From Balanoglossus misakiensis (taxonomy: Eukaryota; Animalia; Hemichordata), in the NCBI GenBank assembly GCA_040954595.2, contig CM082598.2, positions 6,215,097 to 6,279,096 of the forward strand: DNA of 64,000 bases, read 5' to 3'. The notes below the pieces were generated by a model. That model saw nothing but the letters and a program-made list of their open reading frames with translations, made no database searches and was not told the DNA's origin. Positions 36,499 through 50,479 of this stretch are shown piece after piece (position 1 is the first letter of the stretch; the number at the start of each line of letters is the position of its first letter). Both the position numbers and the translations under genes were made by a program.

Positions 36499-37063
36499 CT
36501 ATGGGGGCCCGTTCTGGTCAAAATTGTAGTTTATTAATAAAACGTGTTAGAATTAATTTTACCAAAACTCGTGCACTGATCGCCATTATCGAGCACACTG
36601 CATTTATATTGGACAGCAAACCGCCCCAAAACGTCTCACAACTTGTTCACCCCTTTTCGAACTTTATGCGGCGAGAAAGACATGCTCATCCGCCGCCATC
36701 TTGATTTACGCGCAAAGGATTGTGGGGGCAATTTTAATTCGACACAACACGTAAAATTAATTCGACACAACACGTGAAATTAATTCGACTAAAAACACAT
36801 GATATTAATTCGACACTACACCTGTAATTAATTCGAGTCTACACGTAAAAATAAATCGAGATTTTGGCAAAATTATTTCTAACAAAGATAAGCTAAATAA
36901 TTATTTAGAACACATAAAATTAATTCTGCATGACTACAAAAAATAATTAATGCACATAAAAAATAATTCTATATACTGGTAAAATTAATCCCAGGCTCTA
37001 TAAAATTAATTCTAACACGTTTTATTAATAAACTACAATTTTGACCAGAACGGGCCCCCATAG
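36499..37063. mobile_element. Non-autonomous TIR element with 63-bp perfect TIRs and ~24-bp internal subrepeats
   Basis: CTATGGGGGCCCGTTCTGGTC... / ...GACCAGAACGGGCCCCCATAG; repeated AATTAATTCGAC motif at 36730-36860. Confidence 0.88.
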
Positions 37064-40000
37064 ATACCCGTTTTACTCCTGGGAATCGTTAGGTGGGGGG
37101 AAATAAAATATTTTTTCTATAAAAGGAACTTTCTTGATGTTATAAAATAACATGTTCTGTGTTATTCCCAAAATCATTATAATGTATTGGGGACCTGACT
37201 CATTGAGTTAGAAAGTCACACAGAAGAAATTCAATGCACAATTAGCCCAAAGCAGACCAAAATTACAGACAAAGAAATACAACAAATCTTGTCTCAGTCT
37301 TATTTTCATTTCTACTATTTTTTCCGTCATACTAGTGTGGAAGCACTGATGATAACCTCTGGCAGACAGTTTTAAAGACCGACAATCGTCCTATGTGCAT
37401 ATGTGCATCATTTGTGAGTACAAACAGAACGTTCAATCCAAAAGTTATGCAAATATTGTGTTCAATGCATTCAAATAAGGGGCTGCCTTCCTTTCCTTCA
37501 ATATTTCATGCACACTGTATACATAGACTTCAGTTTTGTCCCTTCTTTTCACCCAGTTTGCTGTCTTTACCCAATCTCCAACACAGACTATGGTCACCGT
37601 CATCCTGTCTGTTGCTTGGACAGCACACTGTCTTAAGACATTGACTGTATACAATTTTTGTAACCAGCGTCTCTGGTTTAGCACATTCACGTTAGACGAT
37701 CGTCACCCTTTAACAAAGTCTGCTTAGAATTTTGATCACACAGTTTCCAAAATGCCTACATCTAATAACATAGGGAATTAAAGCTGCAAACAGTATTGTG
37801 GGGCACAAGCAATTCCCAGGATTCCAACAGAATATCAAAGATTATCTGCTGTGGATGCTGAGATATGGCAAAAGTAGAGCAAACGTAACCCAGAGGTCAC
37901 CCAAAATTTTGTCAAAAAACGTTGATCCTAAACTGAACTATGTCCAACAAAAACTAGACTTCTTTCTTTATTGGTTAGCCTAAAATGAGGTGTGTACATA
38001 ATTAATGAGGTCAACATTGGTCAATGTGGTCCTGAAATTAACAATAATATTTTAGACGTGGCCTAAATCTATTCACCAAAGTACATTTACTTTATGCCTC
38101 CCTAAATTTCAGTCGGAGTGACAAAAGTGAAGAATGTTAAAGAGAGCCGTCTCCTGATACATTGCCGCCTTCTGTGAAGTGACTCTAAAAAGAAAACCAT
38201 TTTGTTTGCATTCAACAGCAATAGCAACAACAACAAGCTAGCTGTACACAAGCAACCATTCCACCACTACAACAACAACAACCAGCAGCAACACAACAAC
38301 CATGGCAACAGCAACAGCAGTTCTTACAACAACAGCAATCACAACAACAACAGCTGTTACTAGGACATCAGCCATGGCCGCGACCACAGGTACCTCAGAT
38401 GGGCTTGGCACCCAGCATGCAACAAACACAGCAACAATCAAGTAGTAGTCTGCTGGCTGATGACAGGAGATTTTTTGATATTCTGAATCAATAAACTCAT
38501 ACAGGAAACTGACTATAATGAACAGGAGACTGTTCATGCCTTCATTACCATTGTAACTTCTATGTACTAACTGAAACCCAGATGCCCAAGGAAATGTCAG
38601 AAATTTCTCAAGGTATCCTGGAATTTTCAAATATTCCACACAGTCAAGTGTTGGGGATTTGTAATATTTATCATTCTCATCAGTATTTACTGTATACAGA
38701 CACATCCATTCCAAAGCTATCACATAATTTTTAAAATTAATCGTTGTGAAACAGTTCCTAGTTTGATATTGCGAAAATTTCCTTCCGCGAAAATGTCCAG
38801 TTGTACAGTATGCAGCTGTATTTTTTCCTGTCCTATACCCCTTTGCTGGGAATTGTGATGTAACTAGCATCTCCCTTGAATGGTGATTGGGTATAACATT
38901 ATAGTGATGGCAAGGTTAATTTGAATTCAAAATGGTACCCATCCTTAATCACACATATGTATCATTTAACCAATCATTGGAAAAACAAAGTCTGTGATTG
39001 ACTTCAAGGGGACCCTAGACGTTTTTGGAGGCAAAGCAGACAAAATACAGCTGTATACTAGACTAATATTTCAATTATTCCTGATCAGTAAATTGGAGAA
39101 CGTATCTCTAAAGTTGCTCTCTATTGCTCCCTCAGGGAAGAGAGCAATAGACAGAACTTTGAGTGGCAGATCTTCCAGTTGTGTACAAAGCATTTGTATT
39201 ACCCAATCACAGACTTTGTGTTATTGGTCATTTATCTGTCCAATTTTGATACTCTTGTGTTCAGTTGAGCATTACACCAAAGAAGTCACACTATAACAGT
39301 GACAATAAAACACTTACAAAAACATGGATTGCTCAGGTCAGCCTATCTGGTTACAGAATACCTGTGTACCAACTAAGCCAGCTATAATGAATGTGTTTCC
39401 TTATATACAGAGAATTGTAGGTTGTATGAGACGTGTTAATATTACACTCTAGCATGGGGCAATGTTCACACGTATGTATTTATCATGTGAAAGCCACAAA
39501 GTCACCAGCTCTTGATGTTCATTTTGTTGTTGTTGAATAATTTGTTATGATCTGATTGCTGAAAATTGAATTGAAGCTGAACCTACAGCATATGTGTGGA
39601 CATAACATGTTTACACTTCCATGTAGTGCTTTCTGTTACAGCCAAACAATTAAATAACACCATTATAACAAAATTAACGAAACTCACCCCAGGGCTATCA
39701 CTAATTTGAAGGGATGCTGATCCAGAGTTAATGTTTCATTGGGGAGTCTAACAGTGTTTTGAAATGTCACATTGTAATTTGAAAGTTTGGGCTTGGGTAG
39801 TGACAAATGTTGTGTACAAAATTTGAATGAAGCTCTATGAAAAGAGAAAAGTAGTGTGTGGAAAAAATCAGTCTCTGTGCTAATATCAAGTGCCTTCATT
39901 CGACTCTCAAGAAAAGTTTGGTAAAACAATTAACTTTTTCTGTGTCAGCATTATTGGGAAAGATTAAGCCCTCACATGTATTCAATTTAGATAACAATGG

Positions 40001-41719
40001 AAAATTACCATCAGCCTATTTTCTTAGCACTCTCACCTTTCGCCCAATTCCCTGTGTAGACATCCAACTTTCCAGCAGGAAACAATGGATTTGGACCGAA
40101 CCATTTGTTCACTTGAATATATATGTAATATCTGTATGAATGTAACACCTGTATTCTTTGCAGTCATCACTTAATCATTTACCACCAGGATGTTTCATTT
40201 GACTAATGAACTCAAGTAATGCGCCACCATAGTGTAGATTGCTGATATAAAAGGACCCCATGCATATACTTAGTCAGTTCACCTCTGTATCCAGACCGGC
40301 CACATGTATGAACTGAAGATGTCTATGTTCAATTTCAGGTTAGTTTTCCTTGTACTTTACCTGTAGCTTGAAGCATTTTTATATTGGTGCATTCTACTGG
40401 CTCATTTTAGCACAAGTAATTGGTGTCTGAACTTGCGTCAAGTCTTCAATTGTACTTCTGTATTTTTCACTTGTATGAATTTTGGTGTATTCTGCTGTAG
40501 GTGAACTCCCATACATGTGTGTAATTTAGCAGTTCCCTTATGTAGCCAGACCGGCCACACATATGAACTGATGATGTCCCTCTTCAATTTCAGTTAAGAA
40601 ATGTTATAGGCCTATGTCTTGTGAAACCTTTAAACCATTTTGGTGTGTTTTGTAGTGAACGGCGACACCCGTGACAAGTATGTTAGAATCAAACTATTAG
40701 ATGCATGTGAAGAAATATAGTCTGTTACAAGGAAGTGACTGGAGTGAAGGAGACCTCGTACGACGAAAAGTACTTTAATAGACTCGAAATGCACTCATAT
40801 TACACCGAGATATAATGCATTTATATATGCTTAAAAAGGTAAATTAATGAATGGTGTCAACAAAATAAACGTTCATGATACGTTTAGATCATTTTCTCGT
40901 CCAGCTAGGGGGTTCAACGTCAAAAGGAAAGTTCACTATTCAAATGCAAATAAAGTCATTAAAGAGTCCTCATCTCTTCTATCCAGTGACCATAGTTGCC
41001 AAACGATTAAAATCACATGTTTTTAATATCAATATTCACATACATTGCTTTTTACTTTTCTTGAATTTCCTAACATTTTTTTATTTTAACAAAAACAAGA
41101 GCCTTTCAGGACCACTTATTGACTTTCGAAAATATTTCATGTAATCAGCCATTCATTTTATGTGTGTGTGAAGAATGACCCTCTGAGGCTGTAGAATCAT
41201 GTATAGTGCTGAAGGGGAGGGGGACACCATTCCTCAATTTCTTTCATTTTGCCTCAGATGCTAAGTTGGTATTTTCCACATATTGCTTTTTGTACTGAGA
41301 ATTACTCAGTTCTTAAGAAGAGCTTTTGACTAACATTTCAGTGTACTTACAAGATTGCCAGAGTATGTAAATATTATATGCAGCATTAGGAAGGAATATC
41401 TTTGATATTTTTATTTCAACAATTTTCCTATCATGATAAATAAGTAGACATATATATCATATTAGGATTATTGCATACTTAAAATAAATATTCTGATAAA
41501 ATGAGTACTTTTGTCTGTCTCTTTGATTTCAGGTCAGGATCAGTATTTGTTGTTGCTTTTCCAGCACAGATTCCAATCAGAAGGCAATTGTGATGACCAG
41601 TATGTTCTGTCTGATTGAAGTTTGAGTTTTCTTAGGACCTGAATATCGCTCCAACAAATGGTCTGCTTTCAGATGTGGAGTTAAACGCTGTTGATAGTTT
41701 TGACTGTTCTGTTCTCTCA

Positions 41720-42330
41720 CTTTGGCTGTTCTGTTTTTGTCTGTTCTCGGACACATTAGCTGGAAACTACTGGTCAGATTTCTTTGAAAATTGGTATGCA
41801 TATATCTTCTGCCAACATCACAGAGCTCTATAAGTTTTGACCTTATATCGTGAATTTTCTACTTTTTATGACTTTTGTCATTTTTTCCATATCTTCTATG
41901 AAAGTGATTGGCCGATTTCTCTAAAAAATTTCAGTATAAAGCTTCCTAAAGGTGGTCTTTGTTTGTTTTTTTCAAATTGTTGCTAAGGTTTGCGTATTCG
42001 TAATTATGGGCCAAATTTTGCAATTTTTGGTCAAAAATCGTTTTCTCGGAAATCGCTTGTCAGATTGCTTTGAAAATTGGTAGGCATGTTTTCAGGGTTA
42101 AGCAATTGTGAGTTGTGTTAAAATTTTGCTGAAATGTGCATATTTATGTTCTTGAGGTAGGGCCTAACTGTTGCAATTTTTCGTCAGAAGTTTTTGTCCT
42201 TGAAACCACTTGTTAGATTGCTTTGAACTTCGGTAAGCATGTTCCTTATACTGATAGTGTAAGATATTGTACAATTTTGGTGATGTTTGAATATTTGAGT
42301 TTGGCAGTTTTGGGACAGTTTTTTTGAAAT
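41720..42330. repeat. Degenerate ~130-160-bp subrepeats of an interspersed repeat; related sequence at ~45400-45660 and ~46130-46300
   Basis: Recurring CAGATTkCTTTGAAAATTGGTA.GCAT and TTGCAATTTTTGGTCAAAA motifs. Confidence 0.55.
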
Positions 42331-43239
42331 TAGGTCATATCAGCTCGTGTGGTATTAGGTCAATAACAAAAAATTAAGTCCAAACGTTGGCCACGCATCC
42401 TACTTTAATATAGCACAAGTATGAAAAAACAACCAGTTTGTGTTACGTTACCTGCTTACATTGAGAAGTAACAGCGCCCGCAAGTTAGGTTTTTAAAAAA
42501 TTGGATCAAATTCATGATGAATCGAATTGAATCGACGTTTCCAGCTGGGAGCACTTTATAGACTACAAAGTTGTTTTGTTAGATTGGTAAAATTTAAGAC
42601 CACTCGACCAATGCAGTTGTCAAAATCGACGAAACAAAGCGAGAAAATGGCAATTTGCGCTGTCGACATATTTCTTCTCCTGCCTCGAATTATCAATCCC
42701 ATGAACCCCCCCCCCCCCCCGAAAAAAATAGATATCAATCAGGGATCATCATATAACCCGACTATGAATCGGACATGAAATCAAACTCGACGATGGAAAA
42801 GCAGCCGATTCCGAGATAAACGCATCCCGATAGGATGAGAACTCCGCCATGTGACTTCATCTAATTTCTCTGCAAACATGGGTGGGTTGTACTTTGGTAA
42901 TGTGTTTACAAAGCAAAGTTAAGACATAAGTCCGAACATGACCGTGGTCCGAAGCTTGGACACTCTTATCAAACAGAGCAGTACAGTGTGTGGAGACATC
43001 GCCCGTAAGACACACCACCGGCCCTGCCACACTGAGCTGCAATATGCTCTTGGCTCGTAGCCGTCCCAGTCGGTAACAAGTCGTTACGGCATTTATTCTT
43101 ATCGGTTCGGCCTTTAATGTACGCGACCCCGGCCGTTTCGGCCTAGCTGCAAACCGATTCTTCAATTTGCAGTTCAGTAAAGTTGGCGAACGGGATAGTC
43201 TGTTAACGGAAAACGTAGGCCTATACACAGTGCTGGCGA

Positions 43240-43810
43240 ACGGGTGAAAAAAGGCCACAATAAAAGCGAGCATGTTGTCAGATCAGTGGGACTAATTTGT
43301 AGGCCTAATTTTCTCCTGAGAAAGTTCAATTCGTGTTCTGTCGATGTGAAATTGCGTTTATTTAATGCTTTTTGTAATAACATTTATGACTCTCATTTAT
43401 GGTGCGATTTTAATTCGTATAATATCCGGAATATCATCGTATGTCACAACAATGCACTTCGAAGACTTCTTGGTCACCCGGACACGAAAGTGCCTCTAAA
43501 ATATTTGTTCTAAACGCCGTAAACTGCTTCTTCGTCATGAGAAGAAAAGTCGTTTTTAATTTTTCTGTTCGTCTCTGTACTAGTCCCAATGTTTTGATCA
43601 ATCGTCTTGTCTCATGAGATATGCGCTTTTATGGACTACATGTCCACTGGATTGACATTTTACATTGATTCTTAAAACTATTATATTTTTTACATTTATT
43701 TTATTTATTACTTTTCTAGTGTTTTTGTCAGTTTTTGTAACCTATTTCTATGGACGGTTGTGTCTGAAATAAAGATAAATAATCATAATAATAATAATAA
43801 AATAATAATT
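43240..43810 (+). mobile_element. 3' end of a 5'-truncated L2/CR1-group LINE
   Basis: NFLLRKFNSCSVDVKLRLFNAFCNNIYDSHLW...HNNALRRLLG, frameshift, then 3' UTR, AATAAA and (TAA)n tail. Confidence 0.82.
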
Positions 43811-46740
43811 ACGATCCCGAGATTACGATAAGCATAGGGACATTATAACGAGCCAACGTGAAACTGACATGGAAACATCGAAAGTACGGTAGAGCACAGT
43901 GACTGTTGGTAGAGCGAGCGTGTTGCTATGCGGGAGGCATTTAACATGTTTGTTTACAACACACACCGACTTGACCTGTGGCCGCAGTTGCAGCCTCCTA
44001 AGCGACCTAACCCAAGCAGTTTACGATCTCGGGTATCGTGGTCTGACTGACCAAAATGACACAGAAAGAGAAACACATTAGGAAGTATTATAGCTCTGTC
44101 TCCTCGAAGTCGAATAAGTGTTCACAACACAATGCACATCAAACCCGTTGCTCAGACATCGGAAGTTTGCAGTTCGCTTGCCTGATTTGAAATGCGTGGC
44201 TGTGGTAGAAATTACCCACTGTGCCCCCCCCCCCCCCGATTTTATTGTGTAGACAATGATGCACTCACACTCAAGAAGCAAATGAGATATTCTTTCGATT
44301 GCGATCATGTTCCAGAGCGTTCTAAAGAAATAAAATATGCAGCTGTAGCATGTATGCATATTCATTAGTGTGTCGTAATGCTAACTTTGGTCTGTGGTTG
44401 GGTAACAGGTCCTACTCACCATAACAGCAGGTGATCATTGACCCGTTTCCGGTGTGCGAAGCCGGGTTTCGACCACTTTCCTTCTACTTGCCGCGGGATC
44501 AAGACGTCTTTTCGGTAGGCTCATAATTCAGTCATTGCTTTCAGTAAAATCGCCTATATAGCTACGTTACCGTCGCTCGATTGTTTTGTCTGGTATTGGG
44601 TGATTTGCAGCTATCCGTACAACACCTTGTAGTTGAACAGAAGTAGGTCTAATTCCAGAAACAATTCCGAGCTACGGGCGTGCAGCTAGCCTCTCGGCTT
44701 TTCTGAGTATGCCTGCGCTGGCTCCCGAATCAGGAGACCAGGAAGTCATAATCGAGAAAGTCTAGTCATTTTTATAGGGTTATATTTTGTGAGAATGTTA
44801 TTGCTAGGGCTCTTGCCTAAGCGCACGTAGGGCCGGTTTGTGATATTGAAATATTGGCAGCGCTGCAGAATTTTTAGTGTCAAAATAGTCGACCATACTG
44901 TCGAACGGTTGTGCCAAAATGGCACGTCTGTGTGGCGACATAAGGTACGGGTAGAGAAGGTTTTTCTCCGGAAAGTCTCTTTGCTGGTGGACGGAACGAT
45001 AGTTCCATACGTATAGTCTTTGTTTAGCGGAAGGTCGGAAGACCACGGTATCTTTCCATACATAATTCCTTACGTTCTGTGAGGTTTTTATATGAGACAA
45101 CTCGGTGTTTGCAAGTTTTTTTTTAATTTTACGGTTTAAACGTGGTTGGTGTATTTTCGCTTTTCTGTTTGTTTGTTTTTTCGTAACCTTTTTACTGTTT
45201 ACATGTGGTTGGCGTATTTTCGCTTTTCTGGTTAGATTTCCACCTCTCCATTGGCATGCTTAAAAAATTATCCTAATTTTTATTGGGAAAACCGATAAAA
45301 CCAAAACCACATATAAAGAAAATGTCTTAAACATTTTAACTCAGGCATTGTAATCTGTTTGTTGGTGATACCCCTTTTAGCTTTGAGAGATAACCAATTT
45401 GATGTTTTAGTAAAGTCAATTTTTTGACCAGGGTGACAAGCATTTTTTCTCCAAGAGTCGTGTTGCTTTGAAGCATACTTTTGTATGTGTGGTCCCAGTT
45501 GATGAAAACCTGGTTGATGAAAAATGTGCATATTTATAATTTTGTAGCAATTTTTGCCATTTTTGGTCAAAACTTGTTTTCTCTAAAACCGCTTGTGAGA
45601 TTGCTTTCAAATTTTGTAGGCATGTTCCAGGATAGGCAAATTAACACTGAATTAGTACAATTACAAGGACTTATTTTGTGAAATGATATATATGCATGCC
45701 CGTGTTGTAACGCTATTTATCGATCGACGCCGTGGTATCCACTATGTCCGTACCTCCCCAACCTGAATCAGTGTTGTTGTGTTTACTGTTTACTGTGTCG
45801 ATTTCAATCATGGAGTTTAGTATACTTAGCTGCGTGGTTGAATCAAAGTACACACAGTGGTGGTTGTACCGACCAGCCCACGGCCAGAGACAATCATGTC
45901 CTAGTTTGCACAATCGCATCATATACCTAGTTAGCCCTGTTAAAATGCCAAGATGTGGATCATGTGAAATACATTGTACATGTATATTAAACCACAAACA
46001 TTGTTCCATTTCATCAGTAGGGTGTCCCAAGATCAACCGACAAGATGGCTCCTGCAACATGTAATTAAATGAGATATTTACAAAAATACTTGAAATTTAC
46101 ATATTTGCGTTTTGTGAGTGAAAGTTGTGGAATTTTTCATCAAAAATTATTTTCTTTCAAACTGCATGTCAGATTGCCTTGAGCTTTGGTAGGCATCTTC
46201 CCTGAAGCGATTGAAGTAAGATATTATACAATTTTGGAGAAAATACTGATTTTTCTGAAACTGCATATGGGATTGCTTTGAAATTTGATAGGAATATTCC
46301 AAAGGGTAACCCGAGTTTTGTCTGACTGTGTCGATTACCATATACTGAGACTCACTAAGTACACTATATGTTCATATTACTAGGGAGTTTAGAATCCAAT
46401 ATGGCCGCCATACGAAGTGGGACATTTTGTGTAATTTGATTGATTTCTAAACTTGTCATATTTTAATTTCTCGGTCTTGCAAATAAAAATAAAATGCCAA
46501 AAACTGAGTAACTTTCGTTTCTTCCCGCTTGTTAACGTCATATGTTGGTGTTGCCCATTAAAGTCTTTTTCCTCCCACTGGGAAAGTGGCTAGAGTCAAT
46601 CAGTGCATAATGGCAGCATTACATGGCACTGAATAAATGGCCGGGGTGTTTACATCTCTTTATTTTTTTCACTTAAACCATTATAAATCTCTAACAGTAT
46701 ATGATAATATTGTGTATGCAACTTGGAGATGTGTTTCACT

Positions 46741-48044
46741 TCAGAGTTGGAATTTTTTTTAGTAAAGTCTGGGAAGTGACATGTCTTCAAAGTAACTGAT
46801 GTTATCTGCTAAGAGCTGAATGCCCATGGGTGTTCTTTCCTAGATTTTATATTTTCTTAACATTTCATAGACCTGTGTATAATTATAATTTCAGTTATAT
46901 ATTCTAATTTGAGTTTAGGTAGAGTATGCATGAAATTAAAGTAATTATTCTGTAATTACCCAACCAAATATGTTGTCTAACTAATGGATATTTTGATTGT
47001 CAATTTGCACAGGCAACATTATTGAAGTAGCATTAAGAGTAGTTGATAATATTGCAGAGCTTCTAACTGGATAGAAGAGCTTAGTAAATTTATCAGCTCA
47101 TAATATTCCTTTAACCAATGAACTTTATATGAACTTGCACACCTGCGTTTAAGATACAGGGATTAATGTTCAGGAAACCTTACCAGCTCTAGTACATTTA
47201 TTTGAGCCAGAAATTGAATTACCAAAAAAAATCAGTAATTTCATAAAGACACAGTCAGAAAAGAAATAGAGAAAGCCAGCAAGGAAGGGAGAAAAGTGGA
47301 ATACATGAAAGACACAGTGTGCTTAAAATACGTGTGTGCAGTAAAACTGTATGGTGCAACGGCGTCCATTTTTATGATTTATAGCCAGCCAGTCTTTCCA
47401 TGCATATCATACCAAAATTTAATATGAAATTCTTGTTAATATTAATAGTCTACAAGGATAATACAGGTAACATGTAGAAATTAAACTATCCAACTTTCTC
47501 CACTTTTGATATCCGCTCGACACAGGCAAGCAAAAGGGCCGATCTGAGACTTTGATTTGAATGATGGCAATTTTTGCTGTCCAGAAGTAACTGTATAAAA
47601 AAATTTTGGTAGTAATATAAGCTTTATGATTGCTAAAATACACAAGAATTTAAATATTTCCACTTACTTCAGTGATTGAACTGATTTTCAGCAAATTGCA
47701 GTGTATAAACAAATATTGCCATCTAATGAAATGTCAACCCAATATGGCCGCCCATTTGCAATGGTAAAATGCTAGGTTTACCATATTTGAGCGCCTGGGA
47801 ATTTAAATTATAATCCAGATATCAAAAACATAAGTCACTATCTGTATCTGCACATATATTGTAATATAATCTGAAAATTTCGTGAAAATTAGATCAAACA
47901 TGATTGAGACACGGAACATCAAACATTGCAAATTTTCATATTTTACCATGGTGCCATGCAAAAATATAGAGATTTTTTTTACAAGTTTAGATGATCTCCT
48001 GTAAAACTGAAAGAAGTAATCTTCTGTGAATCTTGCATTTTTAT
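46741..48044. repeat. Segmental duplicate copy 1 (~1.3 kb)
   Basis: Near-identical to 50480-51830 from TCAGAGTTGGAA to GTGAATCTTGCATTTTTAT. Confidence 0.93.
47013..47308 (+). pseudogene. Orphan terminal-exon-like remnant, copy 1
   Basis: TTTGCACAG acceptor, then GNIIEVALRVVDNIAE..., with in-frame stops where copy 2 has Lys codons. Confidence 0.4.
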
Positions 48045-50479
48045 GTTGGAACCATGCTAACCACTTTGGTCCCTCCAATGCTGCTTTTAGTAAATGTTTT
48101 AATTGTCTTCTTCATGGCGGCCATATTGAATTTTCGGATAACCTTTAAAAGTTGACATTTTTTTCAAAAACTACAGGGCCGATCAAGTTTTAATTGACTG
48201 TGCGGTTCAATGTTTGACAATAATATCGTCAGTGGTCATGTGGCTTTGGATTTTTGAAAAATATCATAAAAAAAATCAAAAAATCTATTTCTAATCAAGT
48301 TTTCAAGTAAATTGTGATTAGGTAAACCTTATTAGAGCCAAATTGGATTTTCTGATCTCCGATAAAAGACTAAAATTTCCTATTTCTAGCCTGCTCATTG
48401 AAACCACACAAATTCTTTTTATGGATATGAGTCACCATATGACCAGAATATGTCACAAGTATTAGAATACTTTCACATGTTCTTTGATCAAGTTTTTACA
48501 GAACTTGATTAAACAATTTGTTTGCGACTCTCGCATGTCCTTTGATCCAGTAATTCCAGAACTTATTTTATGTGGATATGCCTCTTGTTAAAAAGCACAA
48601 CAGTCATGATTTTGTTCACATGAGTACTACTGCTGCCAGAACATAACCCAAATCTTTTGATAATTTTGGCAATGACCTTTGATCTACTATCCCATGCCTT
48701 GGAATGTACAGCAGATACAGCCTTCAAATTTGTTGGACTGGAACACCTAATGAAGTATTAAACTTTAACACAATAATTTTGTACATAAGCTATTTCAAGT
48801 AAACAAATAGAGCTTAGAAGTCTGGTTTGTGTTGGACACTGATCAGTTTAAGATCAAAAATTTGTGTCATAATTTTGCGTGACCTCTGGCTTACTTTAAC
48901 ATTTCTTGGCATCCACAACAAAACAGCCTTTGCTTTCTGTTGGAACCATGCTAACCGCTTGGGCCAGTCCCATTTCTTCTTAATGGCGGCCATATTGGAT
49001 ATTCTGATAACCCTTAAAAATTGACATCTTTTCAACAACTACAAGGCAAATCAAGTTCAAATTTACTGTGCGGTTCAATGTTTGACAATAGTATCATTAG
49101 TGGTCATGTCACCTTGGTTGTCATATTGGATTTTTGAAAAATCTCATGAAAAATTTCACAAATCTTTTTCTAATCAAGTTTTCAAGTGAATTGTAATTGG
49201 TTTAACCTCATTAAAGCCAAATCAGATTTTCTTAACACACAATTTAAAAAAATCCTATTTCTAGCCTACACAAATCCTTTAAATAGATACGAGTCACCAT
49301 ATGACCAGATTATGTTACAATTGTTGGGCAACTTTCGAATGTCCTTTGATCCATTTTTTCCAGAACTTAATTGTATGATGTTTTGCTTCTTGTTAAAAGG
49401 CACAACAGTCATGATTTTGTTCACATGAGTACTACTGCTGCCAGGACATAACCCAAATCTTTTGATAATTTTGGCAATGACTTTTGATCTACTATCCCAT
49501 GCCTTGGCATGTACAGCAGATACAGCCTTCAAATTTGGTGGACTGGAACACCTAATGAAGTATTAAACTTTAACACAATAATTTTGTACATAAGCTATTT
49601 CAAGTAAACAAATAGAGCTTAGAAGTCTGTTTTCTGTTGGACACAGCTCAGTTTGATATCAAAATTTGTTAGCACAAATTTGCGTGACCTCTCGCTTACT
49701 TACCATTTCTCAGCATCCATAACAGATACAGCCTTTGCTTTCTCTTGGAACCATGCTAACCGCGTGGGCCCGTCCCATTTCTTCTTAATGGCGGCCATAT
49801 TGGATATTCTGATAACCCTTAAAAATTGACATCTTTTCAACAACTACAAGGCAAATCAAGTTCTTATTTACTGTGCGGTTCAATGTTTGACAATAATATC
49901 ATTAGTTGTCATGTCACCTTGGTTGTCATATTGGATTTTTGAAAAATTTCATGAAAAATTTCACAAATCTTTTTCTAATCACATTTTCAAGTGAATTGTG
50001 ATTGGTTTAACCTAATTAAAGCCAAATCAGATTTTCTAAACACACAATTTAAAAAAAATCCTATTTCTAGTCTACACAAATCCTTTAAATAGATACGAGT
50101 CACCATATGACCAGATTATGTTACAATTTTTGGGCAACTTTCGAATGTCCTTTGATCCTTTTTTTCCATAACTTAATTGTACGTGGATATGCTTCTTGTT
50201 AAAAAGCTTAACAGTCATGATTTTGTTCACATGAGTACTACCAATAGAGCTTAGAAGTCTGGTTTTTTGTTGGACACTAATCAGTTTGATATCAAATTTT
50301 GTTAGCACAATTTTGCATGACCTCTGGCTTACTTTACTATTTCTTGGCATCCACAACAGAAACAGCCTTTGCTTTCTTTTGGAACCATGCTTACCACATT
50401 GGTCCCTCCAATGCAGCATGTTGCTTTAATTGTCTTCTTCATGGTTGCCATATTGGATTTTTTGGAGATGCGTTTAACG

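Larger units (their letters stand above)
17279..38494 (+). pseudogene. MED25: MED25 unprocessed pseudogene; exons 17279-17377, 20503-20622, 21044-21192, 21730-21924, 22618-22880, 23284-23467, 24821-24972, 25451-25611, 36186-36445, 38219-38494 (possibly 32650-32699)
   Basis: VWA-domain motifs SMISEGLSTASQLF, KHCILI/NSPPYPLP...YSGFTAEQL, RGVHSSIISPRK, DPHHMILLKG; S/T/Q/P-rich linker; ACID start VVWHGALEWQE; NR-box-like QLGHLLLSQ; Q-rich tail ending LLADDRRFFDILNQ*. Lesions: TGA 17289, 1-nt loss at ~20535, frameshift/TGA 21113, TAA 21756, frameshift in exon 25451, several stops/frameshifts in exon 36186, TAG 38222. Confidence 0.9.

Noticed and set aside
38238-38870. 210-aa minus-strand ORF with a hydrophobic Val-rich tail
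   Set aside because: It is the antisense reading of the CAA/CAG-rich last MED25 exon plus a MITE, not a membrane protein gene
40255-40600. Short direct repeat CCAGACCGGCCACA...TTCAATTTCAG occurring twice
   Set aside because: Ordinary local duplication with no further structure seen
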